64,000 nucleotides of DNA, from positions 124,064,001-124,128,000 of the forward strand of contig CM059431.1 of assembly GCA_030390025.1 (NCBI GenBank), given 5' to 3'. Both the position numbers and the translations under genes were made by a program. The notes beneath the pieces are model-generated. The model was not told the origin of the DNA, did not search any database, and saw only the letters and a program-made list of their open reading frames with translations. Positions 1 through 13,970 of the stretch are shown here, one piece after another (within the stretch, counting starts at the first letter, position 1; every line of letters starts with the position of its first letter). The DNA is from Squalus acanthias. Its lineage: Eukaryota.

Positions 1-919
1 CAGGCAGCAGAAGCGTTGTCTAAGGGTGCCAATGTTCTGCTCTATCAGATTCCATGTGGCAGCATTGCTTTTCTAATAAACATGCTGACCACATGTGCGC
101 GGGTTGCGGAGCAGAGTCATGAGCCAGGTGGTCAGCATATGGCCCTTGTTGCCCAGTAGCCACCCTCTGGTTTGTCGTGGTGGCTCAAAGACTGAGGGAA
201 CAGCGGACTGGCGTAGAATAAAAGCATCACAACTGCTGCCAAGATACCAGGCATTCATCATCATGATGTGCTGAGCATGGTCGCACACCAACTGCACATT
301 CAGCAAGTGGAAACCTTTGCAGTTGCGGTACATCTCAGTATTTAGATGTGGCGCCCGTGAAGCTACGTGCATGTAGTCGATGGCGCCTGCACCATGGGGA
401 AGCTCGCTATTCTGGCAAAGCCACGTGCACGCTCCGCCTGCTTCTCTCTGGTCAGTGAAAAGACAATGAAGTCCCCTCTCCTGGCATAAAGAACATCTGT
501 CACTTCTCTTATGCAGCAGTGGATGGCAAACTGGGAGATGTTACAGATGTTACCTGCTCCAGCCTGGAAGGATCCCGACGCGAGGAAATTCAAGGCCACA
601 GTCACCTTCACAGCCACTGGCAGCGCTGTCCTTGCCCTGGAGTGAGGCTGCAGGTCTGGTTGAAAGAGTTGATAGAGTTCTGTGAGCACCTCCTTCGTAA
701 AGCACAGACACCTCACACACTGCTCCGGGCTCAGGCTAAGGTAAGAGAATTGCTCCCCGAAGACCCTAGGTGGGTAAGGCCTACTGCTGAGAGCCATTCT
801 CCCCCCCTCCTCCTCCCTCTGCGAGCATCATGTTCTCTTCTTTGCTGTCTCTGCTCCATCTCCCTCTCATGCTGCAGGCCAAGGGAGATGACAACTACAG
901 CACCCATGACTGGTAGCAA
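1..919 (-). pseudogene. Harbinger/PIF DDE transposase (HARBI1-like), frameshifted, runs off the left window edge
   Basis: ORFs 731-919, 363-797 and 73-372 give ALPVAVKVTVALNFLASGSFQ...ISQFAIHCCIREVT, then YRNCKGFHLLNVQLVCD...GSSCDAFILRQS...GWLLGNKG, which are Harbinger transposase motifs. A GC-rich subterminal region follows to ~1388. Confidence 0.9.
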
Positions 920-2835
920 GTGATCTGACCAGAAACCTTGAAGTCAGAACCAAGGCCTTCTTTACTTGCAGCACTCCTCTCTGTCACCTCACCAACTTTA
1001 AGCAACGCTGGAGAGCTCAAAACACTTCCACAAACTCACACAGAGTCAGTAAAAATTAATCAGCAACTCACTTGGGAGTGGTTGCTGACCCCTTTAAATA
1101 GCACTGTTGGAAGTCTTTGGTGCTGCTGCATGCCTGTTCAGCTGTGCGAGGTTAGGACAGGGCGTTAGCTCCAGCATTGAGGACAAAAATGGCAGCATTG
1201 GCATCAAATCAGCCCATTCACCATATTTCCGGTGCACGCTCCTAACCCCTGCCCTACCACCCTCACCAAGATGCCGTCCGGCGTGGCATGCACCAGAAGT
1301 GCGCGCGCACGGTGCGGACGCCATTTTCGTCACAAAACAGCACATGTAACACCGAAAAATCGTCCGCTACGGAACCGAATTTCTAGTTCCATCTTTCTTG
1401 TCTGTCCATTTGGCACACCGACAGCTCACAGCGTTTTTCAACTATTTAATCCAAACCACTGAGGGAGGAGTGATCATGTGTGGAACTTTGGTAAACTAAA
1501 TCCTTTACTATGAAATATTAATTCAGTAAAATGTTATGAAATTTAATAATGATGATGAGACAGCAGAAGACAGGAAGTACCAAAGGGACACAAGTATGGA
1601 ATACATTATGGAGCCAATAGAGTCTGCCTTAGATAAGCAGCGACAGTGTATGCAAAATTCTATTTCCTCTCTTCTAATTTACAGCATAATCCTTACCTTT
1701 GGATAGTCTGAAGGCTTCTATGTTGAAACTAGCTATTATAAATATCATTACTGTGTCAGGTCACATACTCATCTTTACTCATTATTTAGGGATGGTGTTT
1801 ACTGCTTGTGTCGACAAACTCTTAAGTGTTAGTCAATTGTATCAGAAAAAGAATTAGGACTTCAATGTTCCAATGTGAGAAACTGTATTTCATTAATAAA
1901 GAAGCTGTGAGCAACAGAGATAAAACTAATTCATATGGCATTAATTGAGGTTTACAGATAAAGTGTATTTATATTACCAAGTTCTGCCCATAATCTTTAT
2001 GTGTGATAATTGGCAGTTACTTAGTACTAATATGGTCATGCCTTGATTCCAATAATTTAATTGTCTATAATGCATATCTATTTGTATTTACAATGTAACT
2101 ATATTATTGCTATGTAAATTATGCCAGCTTAATTTGACTTGAGCAAGTAAGAAAATGCACATGAGAAAATTCCTATACCAACAGTTTGTTTAATAGAATA
2201 ACAATTATATATTAATGCAGATTTATTATTTAAATTGATCACATATTTGTTGTATTGTGAACATTTGTGCTTCAGCAGCTTAATATATAAACCATTCTAC
2301 ATTCTAATCACCCTCTCCGTAGCTCACATTATCATTGCTTTTGAGAATTAAAAAGTGTTTTTTCATGGAAGAATTCCAAATATAAAATGATAGCTTAAAA
2401 AATACACTAGAATCTTAGTTTTAAATAATATGGATGCTGTGATTATCATTATTGCTTTCTGAAGTATTTAGTCTTCCACAGAAGTCTTCCCTGCCCTTGG
2501 TTCTTGCCCCTCCTGACAACATTTGCCTCATAAGGAATGGGCGGAGAGTTTCACCCTTAAGGGATGTTGGAAACTCCTGGAAATAGCATTTTCCACGGGG
2601 CTCCAATGGTCTCCTGCTGGAGTTGTGGCTGGAGACTGTCGGAACCCCTGTGAATTTTTAAGCCTCCCACTTTCTACCCTCCGTAGACTTGAAGCCATCC
2701 AAAACCCTGCTGCCCGTGTCCTAACTCGCACCAAGTTCCGTTCACCCATCACCCCTGTGTTCGCTGACCTACGTTAGCTCTTGCTTAAGCAAGGCCTTCA
2801 TTTTAAAATTCTAACATAGCTGTAAAAGATCCCAT

Positions 2836-3097
2836 TGTGGCGGATCGCCACCTAAAACAAGCATAATCCACTCCTCCGTCTGTGGACAAATTTCCAGCAC
2901 CTTCCCCTTTAAGGCACATTAACTTTAAGGCAGAAGTGGGCAGGGTCTCAGGTTTTACCCAGAGAATTCTGGGAGTTTTTCCAGAGAATTCTGGGAGCAG
3001 CTTTCTCAGCCATTTTGTGTGCCATGCAGTGAATAAAAGTTTCTTGTTTTCCACATATGGATTCAGCCTCCATTCGTGTTTCGCGGCAGCCGCAACA
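2836..3097 (+). repeat. Gypsy 5' LTR
   Basis: Direct repeat of 5268-5528 (about 9 differences by eye); contains AATAAA. Confidence 0.95.
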
Positions 3098-3137
3098 TTG
3101 GTGACCCCGACGCTCAGAACGTATTCCGAGCACTGCA

Positions 3138-5267
3138 ATGGTGGACACGAACGCAGTTTCCGTGAAACTGCCGGAGTTTTGGGAAAACCAGCCCGAAGCC
3201 TGGTTTCTCCAAGCTGAATCTCGCTTCCGGCTGCGAAATATCACCACAGATGGGACGAAGTACGACTATCTCGTCACATCACTCAGTAGCGCCGCAGTTT
3301 CCAAGGTTTGGACAACGCTGCAGAACCCACCAGAGGAAGGCAAGTACGCACATCTCAGAACAGCGCTCCTTAAAAAATTTACGGCCTCGGCATATCAGCG
3401 AAACTGTCACCTCCTCGACCTTCCAGGCCTCGGTGATGCCTCACCGTCAGACCTCCTCTCCCACATGCTCTCCCTCACCGACGAGAGCCCACCCGGATCC
3501 CTCTTCCGCACGCTGTTCATCCGCCAGCTCCCTCTCAGCATCCGTCCAGCAATCGTGGCGTCCGGCCTCACGAACCTGGAAGCCCTGGCCGATGAGGCCA
3601 ACAAGCTGCTGTCCGCTCACTCCAGCCGCGACGTCACTCCGGACCTGGCAGCCAATGCCTGTGCGTGCCCCTCACCATCCAGCACACGGCCACAAGGGCC
3701 TGTCACCAGGCCCACGGGGCCTTCACGCCCCACTAACCCGGGCCACTGTTACTACCACGCACGGTTCGGCGCCAGGGCACAACGGTGCACACCTCCCTGC
3801 TCTTTCAAGTCCGCCCCCATTCCAGCCCCCGCGATGGCCGTGGGCCACGCGGGCTCACTGTTGTTCGTCACAGATGACAAAACCGGCCGCTGGTTCCTGT
3901 GCGACACTGGGGCTCAGCACAGCATCATCCCGGCCTCCTCCCTCGACATCCAAAAGGGCGAATGAGGACCGGCGCTGGCTGCTGCTAACGGCTCTGAAAT
4001 CCGGACGTATGGCACCCGGACAGTCACCCTCGACCTCGCTGGTCACTGCTACCGATGGGAGTTCATCACTGCCAAGGTGCTCTCCCCCCTCATCAGCGCA
4101 GATTTCCTGTGTGCCCACGGCTTACTGGTAGACATCCCTCGTCACCGCCTCGTGGACATGAACACCATGTCCCCCATCCTGGGCGCCATGGCCCCCGTCA
4201 ACCCGTCGACATGGCGTCACAGTGCCACGCCCGGGCCACGGATGACTACTTGGCACTCCTGGCCAAATTCCCGGCCCTTACCAATCCGACCTTCTCCGCG
4301 GAGGCCGCCAAACACGGGGTGGAACACTTCATCCCCACCACAGGCCCCCCAGTGTAAGCCCACGCCTGCAGGCTGGACCCGGCCAAACTGGAGATCGCGC
4401 GGACCGAGTTTGTCACCATGGAACAGCTCGGCATCATCCGCCGCTCCAACAGTCTCTGGGCCTACCCACTCCACATCGCCCCCAAACCAGGCGGAGGTTG
4501 GCGCCCCTGCGGGGATTACCGCCGCCTCAATGACGCCACCACCCCTGATCGGTACCCCGTGCCGCACATTCAGGACTTCTCGGCTAGACTGGCCGGCCGC
4601 TCAGTCTTTTCCAAGGTCGACCTGGTGCGCGGCTACCACCAAGACCCCGTCCACCCCGCGGACGTCCCCAAGACGGCCGTAATCACCCCCTTCGGCCTGT
4701 TCGAGTTCCTGCGGATGCCCTTCGGCCGCAAAAACGCGGCCCAGGCATTCCAACGGCTCATGGACTCGGTCCTTTGGGACCTGAAGTTCCTGTTCGTCTA
4801 CCTGGACGACATCCTGGTAGCCAGTTCCTCCAAGCAGGAACACCTCGAACACCTTCGCATCCTGTTCGGGCGCCTCAGCAACCACGGGCTCATCCTCAGC
4901 CCAGCCAAATGCCAGTTCGGCCTGGGCAAGATCGACTTCCTCGGCCACCACATCACCCATGCTGGGGCCATTCCCCTGCCCACCAAGGTGCAGGCCGTCC
5001 AACAATTTCCCCGCCCCACCACCATCAAAGGCCTCCAGGAGTTCCTCGGGATGGTGAATTTCAAGCCAGCACACTCGGAGCCCGGGGAGCAGGTCCCTGT
5101 AGCTCGTCCACCTCCACGGGCCGACCTGCCCTCAAGCCGGTTCACCCGGCTGCTCCACGCCCGGCCGTTCCACGTCCACCGGCGTCCTACAAGAGCCGCT
5201 CCGGCCGGCCCATCAGACCGCCGCACCGTCTCGTCCACACCTCCTAAGCGGATTCTGGGGGGAGCTG
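3138..5267 (+). pseudogene. Gypsy gag-protease-RT with stops/frameshift; RNase H and most of integrase deleted
   Basis: Gag VKLPEFWENQPEAWF and CHCC motif CYYHARFGARAQRCTPPC; protease LCDTGA...LISADFL; RT WRPCGDYRRLN, MPFG, YLDD. FLGMVNF jumps directly to the integrase C-terminal KPAH at ~5062. Confidence 0.9.
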
Positions 5268-5528
5268 TGTGGCGGATCGCCACCTAAAACGGCATAAACC
5301 ACTCTTCCGTCTGTGGACAAATTTCCAGCACCTTCCCCTTTAAGGCACATTAACTTTAAGGCAGAAGGGGGCAGGGCCTCAGGTTTTACCCAGAGAATTC
5401 TGAGAATTTTTCCAGAGAATTCTGGGAGCAGCTTTCTCAGCCATTTTGTGTGCCATGCAGTGAATAAAAGTTTCTTGTTTTCCACATATGGATTCAGCCT
5501 CCATTCGTGTTTCGCGGCAGCCTCAACA
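5268..5528 (+). repeat. Gypsy 3' LTR
   Basis: Direct repeat of 2836-3097. Confidence 0.95.
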
Positions 5529-7444
5529 CCATAGCACTATTTGAAGACGAGCCAGAGAGTTCTCCCTGGTCTCCTGGACAATATTTCTCCCTTAATCAGC
5601 ACCACTAAAACAGATTATCTAGTCATATATCTCACTGTTGTTTGTGGGACCTTGCTCTCTGCAAATTGGCTGCCTTGTTTACCTACCTTTCAACAGTGAC
5701 TACACTTCAAATGTACTTAATTGGCCGTGTATAATCACCCTAGACCTCTGCGCTCCACCTATTCTGGCCTTTTGAACATCCCCGATTTTAAATGCTCCAC
5801 CATTGTCTTCAGCTGTCTAGGTCCTAAGCTCTGGAATTCCCTCCCTAAATCTCTCCAACTTTCCACTTTTCTTTCCTCCTTTAAGACGTTCCTTAAAATC
5901 TACCTCTTCGATCTGCCCTAATATCTCCTTATGTGGTTCGGTGTCAAATGTTGTTTTTTTTTATAACACTCCTGTGAAGCGCCTTGGGATGTTTTATTAC
6001 ATTAAAGGCACTATATAATTATAAGTTGTTGTTCATAGAATCATAGAAATTTATGGCACAGAAGGAGGCCATTCAGCCTAGTGTGTCTGTGCCGGCCGAA
6101 AAAGAGCTATCCCGTCTAATCCGACTTTCTGACTCTTGGTCTGTAGCCTTGTAGGTTACGGCACTTCAAGTGCATATGTTGTTGTTGTTGTTGTTGTGGT
6201 GATGCGCTTTAGGACATCCTGAGGTCATGAAAAATGTTATATAAATGCAAGTTCTTTCTTTTCTTTCTGAAGTCTGTTGTGCTTGGTTGATACTCTTAAA
6301 ATTGTTACAATATTTTGTATCGGAAGCTTTGCAACCTGGTGCCAATTAAAACAAAGGTGGGGGAATAGTTGCCAGGAGTTTCCACTCAGGATGGGAGATG
6401 GTGGTGGCTTGCTTATTGCTTAACTCTACTGGCCAATCCCTGGACAGGGAAATGGTTGGAAGTCAAGCCCTCAACTTCTTGTCCAGAGCAGGAAGAAAAG
6501 AAAAGAGAAAGACAACTTTTAGGTCAGTTGGTAAGATCTGATGAGTGAGGCAGCTAAGGGTCTAGGCCAGTTTACCATAAGAAAAGAACCAACCAGACTT
6601 AGAGTAAGCCTTGATCTGAGTCATTGTGAAAGAGTGACTCAGTCCACCTACAGGGACAGTGTGGCATTTTTAATATTTTCTTTGTTACATGGAGGGACTG
6701 AAATTAGGTTAAAGAAAGGTGAGATTTGCTGACTGTAAAATAAAGCACCTTAATGATTTGTATCTGGTTTCATCTTTCATCTCGTGTTAATCAGTCCACC
6801 TTTCAGAAGATTGGAGAAACTTAGATGAGGGCATGTGAAGATCATGATATACAGTTCATATGACAAGGGGGTCTCGTTGTTAGATAAGAGGCAGTATGGG
6901 TGAACACCTAATCATAAGGAATAGGAGGTTTGATTACAGGAGTGACTAATAATGCTGAGCCAAAGACAATATCTAGTGTAGACCTGAAATTTATATTAGG
7001 CATATTTTTCTCCGTGTATAAAATTTAAGAAATAGACAAAGGTGAATAAGCAGGCGACTGAGACCAGTCGAACATAACGAAGGATTTTTCCTTCCACTTT
7101 CACTAATACTCAGAGTCTCGCGACCATGCAAAAATGTGTCTTTGAATATTAGCTCACAAAAACAAACTTGGGCCACTAAATTTCCTGTAGGTTCCTCCAG
7201 TCTCCTTCTGTAACTCCAATGGGAGACAAGTGGAACCCATAAACTCAGCAAAGTGGTGGACAGCATTTCTGGGAGTTTTCTGGTTGCCTTGTAAGGGGTG
7301 GAACCTCCATCCACCCCTCAAAAGGCTAATGACAGCCAGGGTGTGGAGCCAATTGATAGGGACTCCCTACGCCAGAAGTTCCTGCTCCTTAGGTTTGACT
7401 GGGACTCAGCATATCAGTGGAAGCCATATTTAAAAAAAAAATTA

Positions 7445-7995
7445 AATTCATTTTAATGGGATGTGGGCATCGCTGGCAAGGCCAGCATTTATTGCCCATC
7501 CCTAATTGCCCTTGAGAAAGTGGTGGTGAGCCGCCTTCTTGAACTGCTGCAGTCCGTGTTGTGAAGGTACTCCCACAGTGCTGTTAGGTAGCGAGTTCCG
7601 GGGTTTTGACCCAGTGATGATGAAGGATCGGTGATACATTTCTAAGTCAGGATGGTGTGTGACTTGGAGGGGAACTTTGATGTGGTGGTGTTTCCATGTG
7701 CCTGCTGCCCTTGTCCTTCTAGGTAGAAGAGGTCGTGGGTTTGGGAGGTGCTGCCGAAGGAGCCTTGGCGAGTTGCTGCAATGCATCTTGTAGATGGTAC
7801 ACACTGCAGCCACGGTGCGCCGGTGGTGGAGGGAGTGAATGTTTAAGGTGGTGGATGGGGTGTCAATCAAGCGGGCTGCTTTTTCCTGGATGGTGTCGAG
7901 CTTCTTGAGTGTTGTTGGAGCTGCACTCATCCAGGCAAGTGGAGAGTATTCCATCACACTCCTGACTTGTGCCTTGTAGATGGTGGATATGCTGA
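7445..7995 (-). mobile_element. CR1/L2-group LINE 3' fragment
   Basis: ORF 7502-7957 MEYSPLAWMSAAPTTLKKLDTIQEKAARLI...SLHHRRTVAAVC is the C-terminal region of a LINE ORF2. A related 3' end lies at ~37940-38150 (+). Confidence 0.8.
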
Positions 7996-8544
7996 GTGAA
8001 TTGAATTATACCAGTCTTCATAAAAAGGCCTGTGGTGGTCTGGCCTCTCAAAGAGATTTTTTTTAAATTAAAGGACAACTCAGCCCCCTACCAAGAGGGC
8101 TGAGGGGATTTTAGCTGGGATTAGGATAAGGTGGGGGTGCTGGGCAACCAAGGGTGAATGGTCATTGGAGATTTAGTTCCCATGGGCAGATGGATGCCAA
8201 AGACCCCAATGTTGCTCTTGTACCCAGCTGTCCCATGGTAATTGGGAATCGTTTGACTGACCCCACAAACTCGAGAGGGTCAGCACTGGAGGGTACATTG
8301 GGACTGCAACCCATGGATTTTGACCCCTTGATTGTTAAGGATGGTTAAGTATTTGTAAAAGAAAAATCCAGAGAAACTCAAGTGCAATTTTGTTTGGAGG
8401 CATGGTGGGTTGTTTTAACAGAACAGTGTTAGAAGTGAATAGCGCATCAGAGTTCTATCTGACAACATGGGTGTAGCTGGCTATCTCTCAATGCAGCAGG
8501 AGCACAATGAGCCACTGAGAGAATAAACAAGCGCAGGCAGAGGG

Positions 8545-11500
8545 TGCACAGACTGTGAGGAAAAAGTGTGGAAGAGCTATAGTGATAGGGGATTCAATTG
8601 TAAGGGGAATAGATAGGCGTTTCTGCGGCTGCAAACGAGACTCCAGGATGGTGTGTTGCCTCCCTGGTGTAAGGGTCAAGGACATCTCAGAGCGGCTACA
8701 GAACATTCTGGAGGGGGAGGGCGAACAGCCAGTTGTCGTGGTGCACATAGGCATCAACGATATAGGTAAAAAACGGGATGAGGTCCTAAAAGCAGAATAT
8801 AGGGAGTTAGGAGGTAAATTAAAAAATAGGACCTCAAAGGTAGTAATCTCAGGATTGCTACCAGTGCCACGTGCTAGTCAGAGTAGAAATAGGAGGATAT
8901 TTCAAATGAATACATGACTAGAAGAATGGTGCAAGGGGGAGGGATTCAAATTCCTTGGACATTGGAACCGGTTTTGGGGGAGATGGGACCAGTACAAACG
9001 GACGGTCTGCACCTGGGCAGGGCCGGGACCGATGTCCTAGGGGAGTGTTTGCTAGTGCTGTTGGGGAGGGTTTAAACTAAAGTGGCACGGGGTTGGGAAC
9101 CTGAGCAGGAAAGACAGAGGAAAGGGAAATAAGGATAAAAGCTAAAGACAGGAAGGAGAAAAACAAAAGTAGAAGGCAAAGAACTCAACGGTTTAAATCA
9201 AACATGGGCACAGTAAATAATAATTCATATAGGTCTGAGAGCATTAAAAAAACAAGCCTGAAGGAGCATTCGGAACAAGGTGGATGAATTAGCTGCGCAA
9301 ATAGAGGTAAATGAATACGATTTGATTGGGATTACAGAAACATGGCTCCAGGGTGGCCAAGGCTGGGAACTCAACATCCAGGGGTATTCAATATTTATGA
9401 AAGATAGGCAAAAAAGAAAGGGAGGTGGGGTAGCATTGCTGGTTAAAGAGGGGATTAACACAATTGAAAGGAAGGATATTAGCTCTGATGATGCGGAATC
9501 TGTATGGGTAGAACTGAGAAATAACAAGGGGCAGAAAACATTAGTGGGAGTGGTATTTAGACCTCCAAACAGTAATACGGAGGTTGGGGATGGCATTAAA
9601 AGGGAAATTAGAGAAGCATGCAGTAAGGGCACAGCAGTCATCATGGGTGACTTTAATTAACATATAAATTGGGCTAACCAAATTCGTAAAAATACTGTGG
9701 AGGAGGAATTCCTAGAAAGTTTACGGGATGGTTTTCTGGAACAATATGTCGAGGAACCAACCAGAGATCAGGCCATCTTAGACTGGGTATTATGTAACGA
9801 GAAAGGATTAATTAGCAATCTTGTTGTACGAGGCCCCTTGGGTCACAGTGATCATAATATGATAGAATTCTTCATTAGGATGGAGAGTGAAGTAGTTGAA
9901 TCAGAGAATAGGGTCCTGAATTTAAATAAAGGAAACTACGAAGGTATGAGGCACGAATTGGGTAGGATTGATTGGAGAATGTCACTCAAAGGGGTGACGG
10001 TGGATAGGCAATGGCAAACATTCAAAGACTGTATGGATGAACTACAGAATTTCTTCATCCCAGTGTGGCATAAGAATAAAACAAAAAGGGTGACTCAACC
10101 GTGGCTAACAAGGGTAATTAGGGATAGCATAAGATCCAAGGAGAGGGCATATTAATTGGCCAGAAAAAGCGGTAACCCTGAGGATTGGGAGCAGTTTAGG
10201 ATTCAACAAAGGAGGACAAAGGGATTAATTAAGAAGGGGAAAATAGAATATGAAAGTAAGCTTGCAGGGAACATAAAAACTGACTCTAAGAGCTTTTATA
10301 GATATGTGAAGAGAAAAAGATTAGTGAAATCAAGTGTAGGTCCCTTGCAGTCAGAAGCGGGGGAAGTTATAATGGGGAACAAAGAAATGGCAGACCAATT
10401 AAATGCATATTTTGGTTCTGTCTTCACAAAAGAGGGCACAAATAACCTCCCAGAGATGCTGGACAACATACGGTCTGATGAAAGGGAGGAACTGAAATAA
10501 ATCAGTATTTGCAGGGAAATGGTGTTAGGGAAATTGACGGGATTGAAGGCTGATAAATCCCCAGGGCCTGATAATCTACATCCTAGGGTACTTAAGGAAG
10601 TGGCCTTAGAAATAGTAGAGGCATTGCTGATCATCTTCCAACATTCGATGGGATCTGGAACTGTACCCATGGATTGGAGGGTAGCTAATGTTAGCCCCAC
10701 TATTCAAAAAGGGTGGTAGAGAGAAAGCGGGGAATTACAGACCGGTAAGCCTGACATCGGTAGTGGGGAAAATGCTAGAGTCCATTATAAAGGATGTAAT
10801 AGCTGAGCACTTGAAAAACAGTGACAGGATCGGACAAAGTCAACATGGATTTACAAAAGGTAAATCGTGCTTGACTAATCTACTGGAATTTTTTGAGGAT
10901 GTAACTGGGAAAATAGATAAGGGAGAACCAGTAGATGTGGTGTATTTGGACTTTCAAAAGGCTTTCGATAAGGTCCCGCATAAGAGATTAGCGTGTAAAG
11001 TTAAAGCACATGGGATTGGGGGCAAGGTATTGACTTGGATAGAGAACTGGTTGGCGGACAGAAAGCAGAGAGTAGGAATTAATGGGTCTTTTTCCGAGTG
11101 GCAAGCAGTGACTAGCGGGGTACCGCAGGGATCGGTCCTTGGACCCCAGCTATTCACAATACACATTAATGATCTAGATAAGGGAACTAAATGTAATATC
11201 TCCAAGTTTGCAGATGACACAAAGTTGGGTGGGAGTGTGTGCTGCGAGGATGATACCGAGAAACTCCAGGATGATTTGAACAGGTTGGGTGAGTGGGCAG
11301 AAGCGTGGCAGATGCAATATAACATGGATAAATGCGAGGTTATCCACTTTGGTGTCAAAAACAGAAAGGCAGACTATTATCTGAATGGCAATAGATTGGA
11401 AGAAGGGGAAGTGCAACAAGACCTGGGTGTCCTTGTGCACCAGTCGCTGAAGTTAAGCATGCAGGTGCAGCAGGCGGTGAAGAAGGCAAATGGTATGTTG

Positions 11501-12129
11501 GCCTTCATAGCGAAAGGGTTTGAGTATAGGAACAGGGATGTCCTGCTGCAGTTGTACCACACTTTGAGTATTGTGTGCAGTTTTGGTCGCCTTATCTGAG
11601 GAAGGATGTTCTTGCCATGGAGGGAGTTCAGCGAAGATTCACAAGGCTGATACCTGGGATGGCAGGAATGACATATGAGGAGAGATTGGGTCGATTGGGT
11701 TTATACTCGCTGGAGTATAGAAGAATGAGAGGGGATCTCATCGAAACATATAAAATTCTGACAGGTCTGGACAAACTAGATGCAGGAAGAATGTTCCCGA
11801 TGGTCGGAGAGTCCAGAACCAGGGGTCATAATCTAAGGATAAGGGGTAAGCCATTTCGGACAGAAATGAGGAAGAATTTCTTCACCCAGAGAGTGGTGAA
11901 CCTGTGGAATTCTCTACCACAGAAGGTAGTTGAGGCCAAGTCATTAAATATATTCAAGAATGAGTTAGATATATTTCTTAAAGCTAAAGGTATCAAGGGA
12001 TATGGGGAGAAGGCAGGTACAGGGTACTGAGTTTGGATGATCAGCCATGATCTCATTGAATGGCGGAGCAGGCTCGAGGGGCCGAATGGCCTACGCCTGC
12101 TCCTATCTTCTATGTCTCTATGTTTCTAT
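8545..12129 (+). mobile_element. CR1 (HER1-like) LINE, near full length, degraded: ORF1 SGNH esterase, ORF2 APE endonuclease + RT
   Basis: ORF1 IVIGDSIVRG...HIGINDIG (8555-~9080). APE IGITETWL, MGDFN, SDHNMIEF. RT NYRPVSLTS, GVPQGSVLGP, FADD. CR1 3' UTR ending in TTCTATGT-type repeats at 12108-12129. Several stops and frameshifts. Confidence 0.95.
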
Positions 12130-12481
12130 CATAACAGATGCAGCTACATTGTCCTCATGAAGGAGTAGTGCATGAATATTGCTCAGGTTCAGCAGAAAGG
12201 TCATGAATGAGATGTTCCATCTCATTCACAGTGACCAGCAGGGACAGTCAATTATCAGCGGCAGTAAATAACATCAAATGCCACAGTGTCCTTCCAGGCA
12301 CCTTCAGATGAGATATTCTGATGGTTCAGGACAATACCAAAAATTCCACAGTGTAATTTGATAAAGAGTGGAAAGCTTTCCTGGTGTCCTGGCGAACATT
12401 CCCCCTTCAATTAAGACCAGCAAAAACAAATTGACCCTTTCACTGATGTTTGTGGAATCTGTTCTGCTCAAAATAGCTATT

Positions 12482-13195
12482 GGCCTGGCGTTTCCGCTAG
12501 GTTGTGCTTTTTGTTTCCGCGTAATTCACCCAAAATCGGCCAAACCAGCAAAAAAGATCATGGAGATTCAAGCGCAAATTACATCCAGCGCAAATCGAGT
12601 TTCTCGATCTTTTGCGCTAGTTAAGAAACATCACACTGAAAGCCAGCCCCGACCACAAAACTGGCAACTGGCCACACCCTCAGATCGAATTAATCACCAT
12701 TACGAGTTTCCACTAATTGCGCTCATTTACGGGCCTTCGAGGAGACTCTTAAAATTAAGCTCGTCTTTTGGGCGTGGGAACCAATAGGCACCTTTTAAAA
12801 GCTTTTGAATATATATTTACATTTATTAAGAAACTGACTACTGTACACCAATATAACTAGCAAATGGTTCTGTATAGATTTTTGAAGTAATTTTCAGTTA
12901 TTTAAAATTGGGTTACTCACAGGTAAACCCATTTGCCGCTGTATTAATCAAATGGCAACAAGTTACCACTCTTAAATATATCAAGGAATATTTTTTAAAG
13001 CAAAAGGTTTATTTTTTAAATTACATTCTAAAACGTTGCCAGATTGTGCTGGTTCATGGCAGATTTTACGTTCGGAGATGTGAAAATAAGTTTGAGTGGA
13101 AACTTGAGAAAAAAAAACAATTCTCAAAACGGGCAATATTTTGGTTACAATTTGCGCCCAGATCACCGATTACACCCAAAGCAGAAACTCATACG
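12482..13195. mobile_element. Probable non-autonomous DNA transposon (MITE)
   Basis: GC-richer ends with an imperfect inverted match (GTTTCCGCT / AGCAGAAAC) around an AT-rich core. Confidence 0.4.
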
Positions 13196-13970
13196 TTTGC
13201 CTATGTAACACTTCAAAGCAATTGACTGTAAGTGACTTGATTTGAGATAATTGTGAGAGACAAGTCTTTCTTTTACCTACAAGGGACGTCTCAGGAGTCA
13301 GTCACGATAACATCCATTGCGCATTAAGTACACAACCGAAACCCTGTCTCACCACATACCCACATACATATACTTCAGCAAGGACCATCAGCACCAGCAC
13401 GAATAGGCAGCTACAGTTTTACCACAGTGCTTGCTTCCCTAAGGTACAAGCTTCTAGTGTTTCTGTATGCAGCAATTTGTATGTCTGCCAATAATCCTGT
13501 GACATCTCAAAAAAGGAAAGGAAACCAGAGATAATTTTATGAACTTGTGCTCCTGGCATGGAGTTTCACCTAGTGGGAGAGCATCTCAAGATTCTACAAA
13601 GTGCTGGAGGCATTCTCGAGAGTCTGCACACAAGATGTGTGATAGGCTCAATGCCCTCAGGTTTAATACAAATGATGCAGAAACCCATGGTGCAGCTGGC
13701 CCACGTGAGTAAAATAGATGCGGAAGAAGAGGCCAAGTTGTTTGGGAAAAAAATTAATTCCTGCACATCACTGTCAGTATCCCACCTGACATCCCGGCTC
13801 CAATGCTCACCTTCTTCGATGCCACCTTGCCTTGCTGCCTCTTAACCCCGTCCAAGGCTTGGTGTTCCTCTCTCCACACCGGCCCATTTCCTGGACAACA
13901 AAGGCACAACAGTAGCCTGTCACAAAATTATGCAAACTGGCTGACCTTGCTCTGAACTGAATAAGACATA

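Larger units (their letters stand above)
2836..5528 (+). mobile_element. Gypsy LTR retrotransposon (CsRn1-like clade), internally deleted
   Basis: TG...CA LTRs at 2836-3097 and 5268-5528. TSD CCAT at 2832-2835 and 5529-5532. PBS TGGTGACCCCGACG (tRNA-Trp type) just after the 5' LTR, and a purine tract GGGGGGAG before the 3' LTR. Confidence 0.95.
2665..6030 (+). mobile_element. L2-type LINE 3' fragment interrupted by a DeuSINE fragment, which is itself interrupted by the Gypsy
   Basis: LEAIQNPAARVLTRTKFRSPITPVFADL at 2690-2775 continues as RPLRSTYSGLL...KLWNSLPKSL at 5730-5900 and ends in an L2 tail. The SINE segment GTAAAAGATCCCAT|AGCACTATTTGAAG matches the copy at 27730-27760. Confidence 0.7.

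Noticed and set aside
3250..4131. 293-aa overlapping ORF in the Gypsy element
   Set aside because: An alternative frame of GC-rich gag-protease sequence with few stops; no motifs.
6316..6853. Possible solo LTR (TGTAT...ATACA with AATAAA)
   Set aside because: No TSD or paralogue visible.
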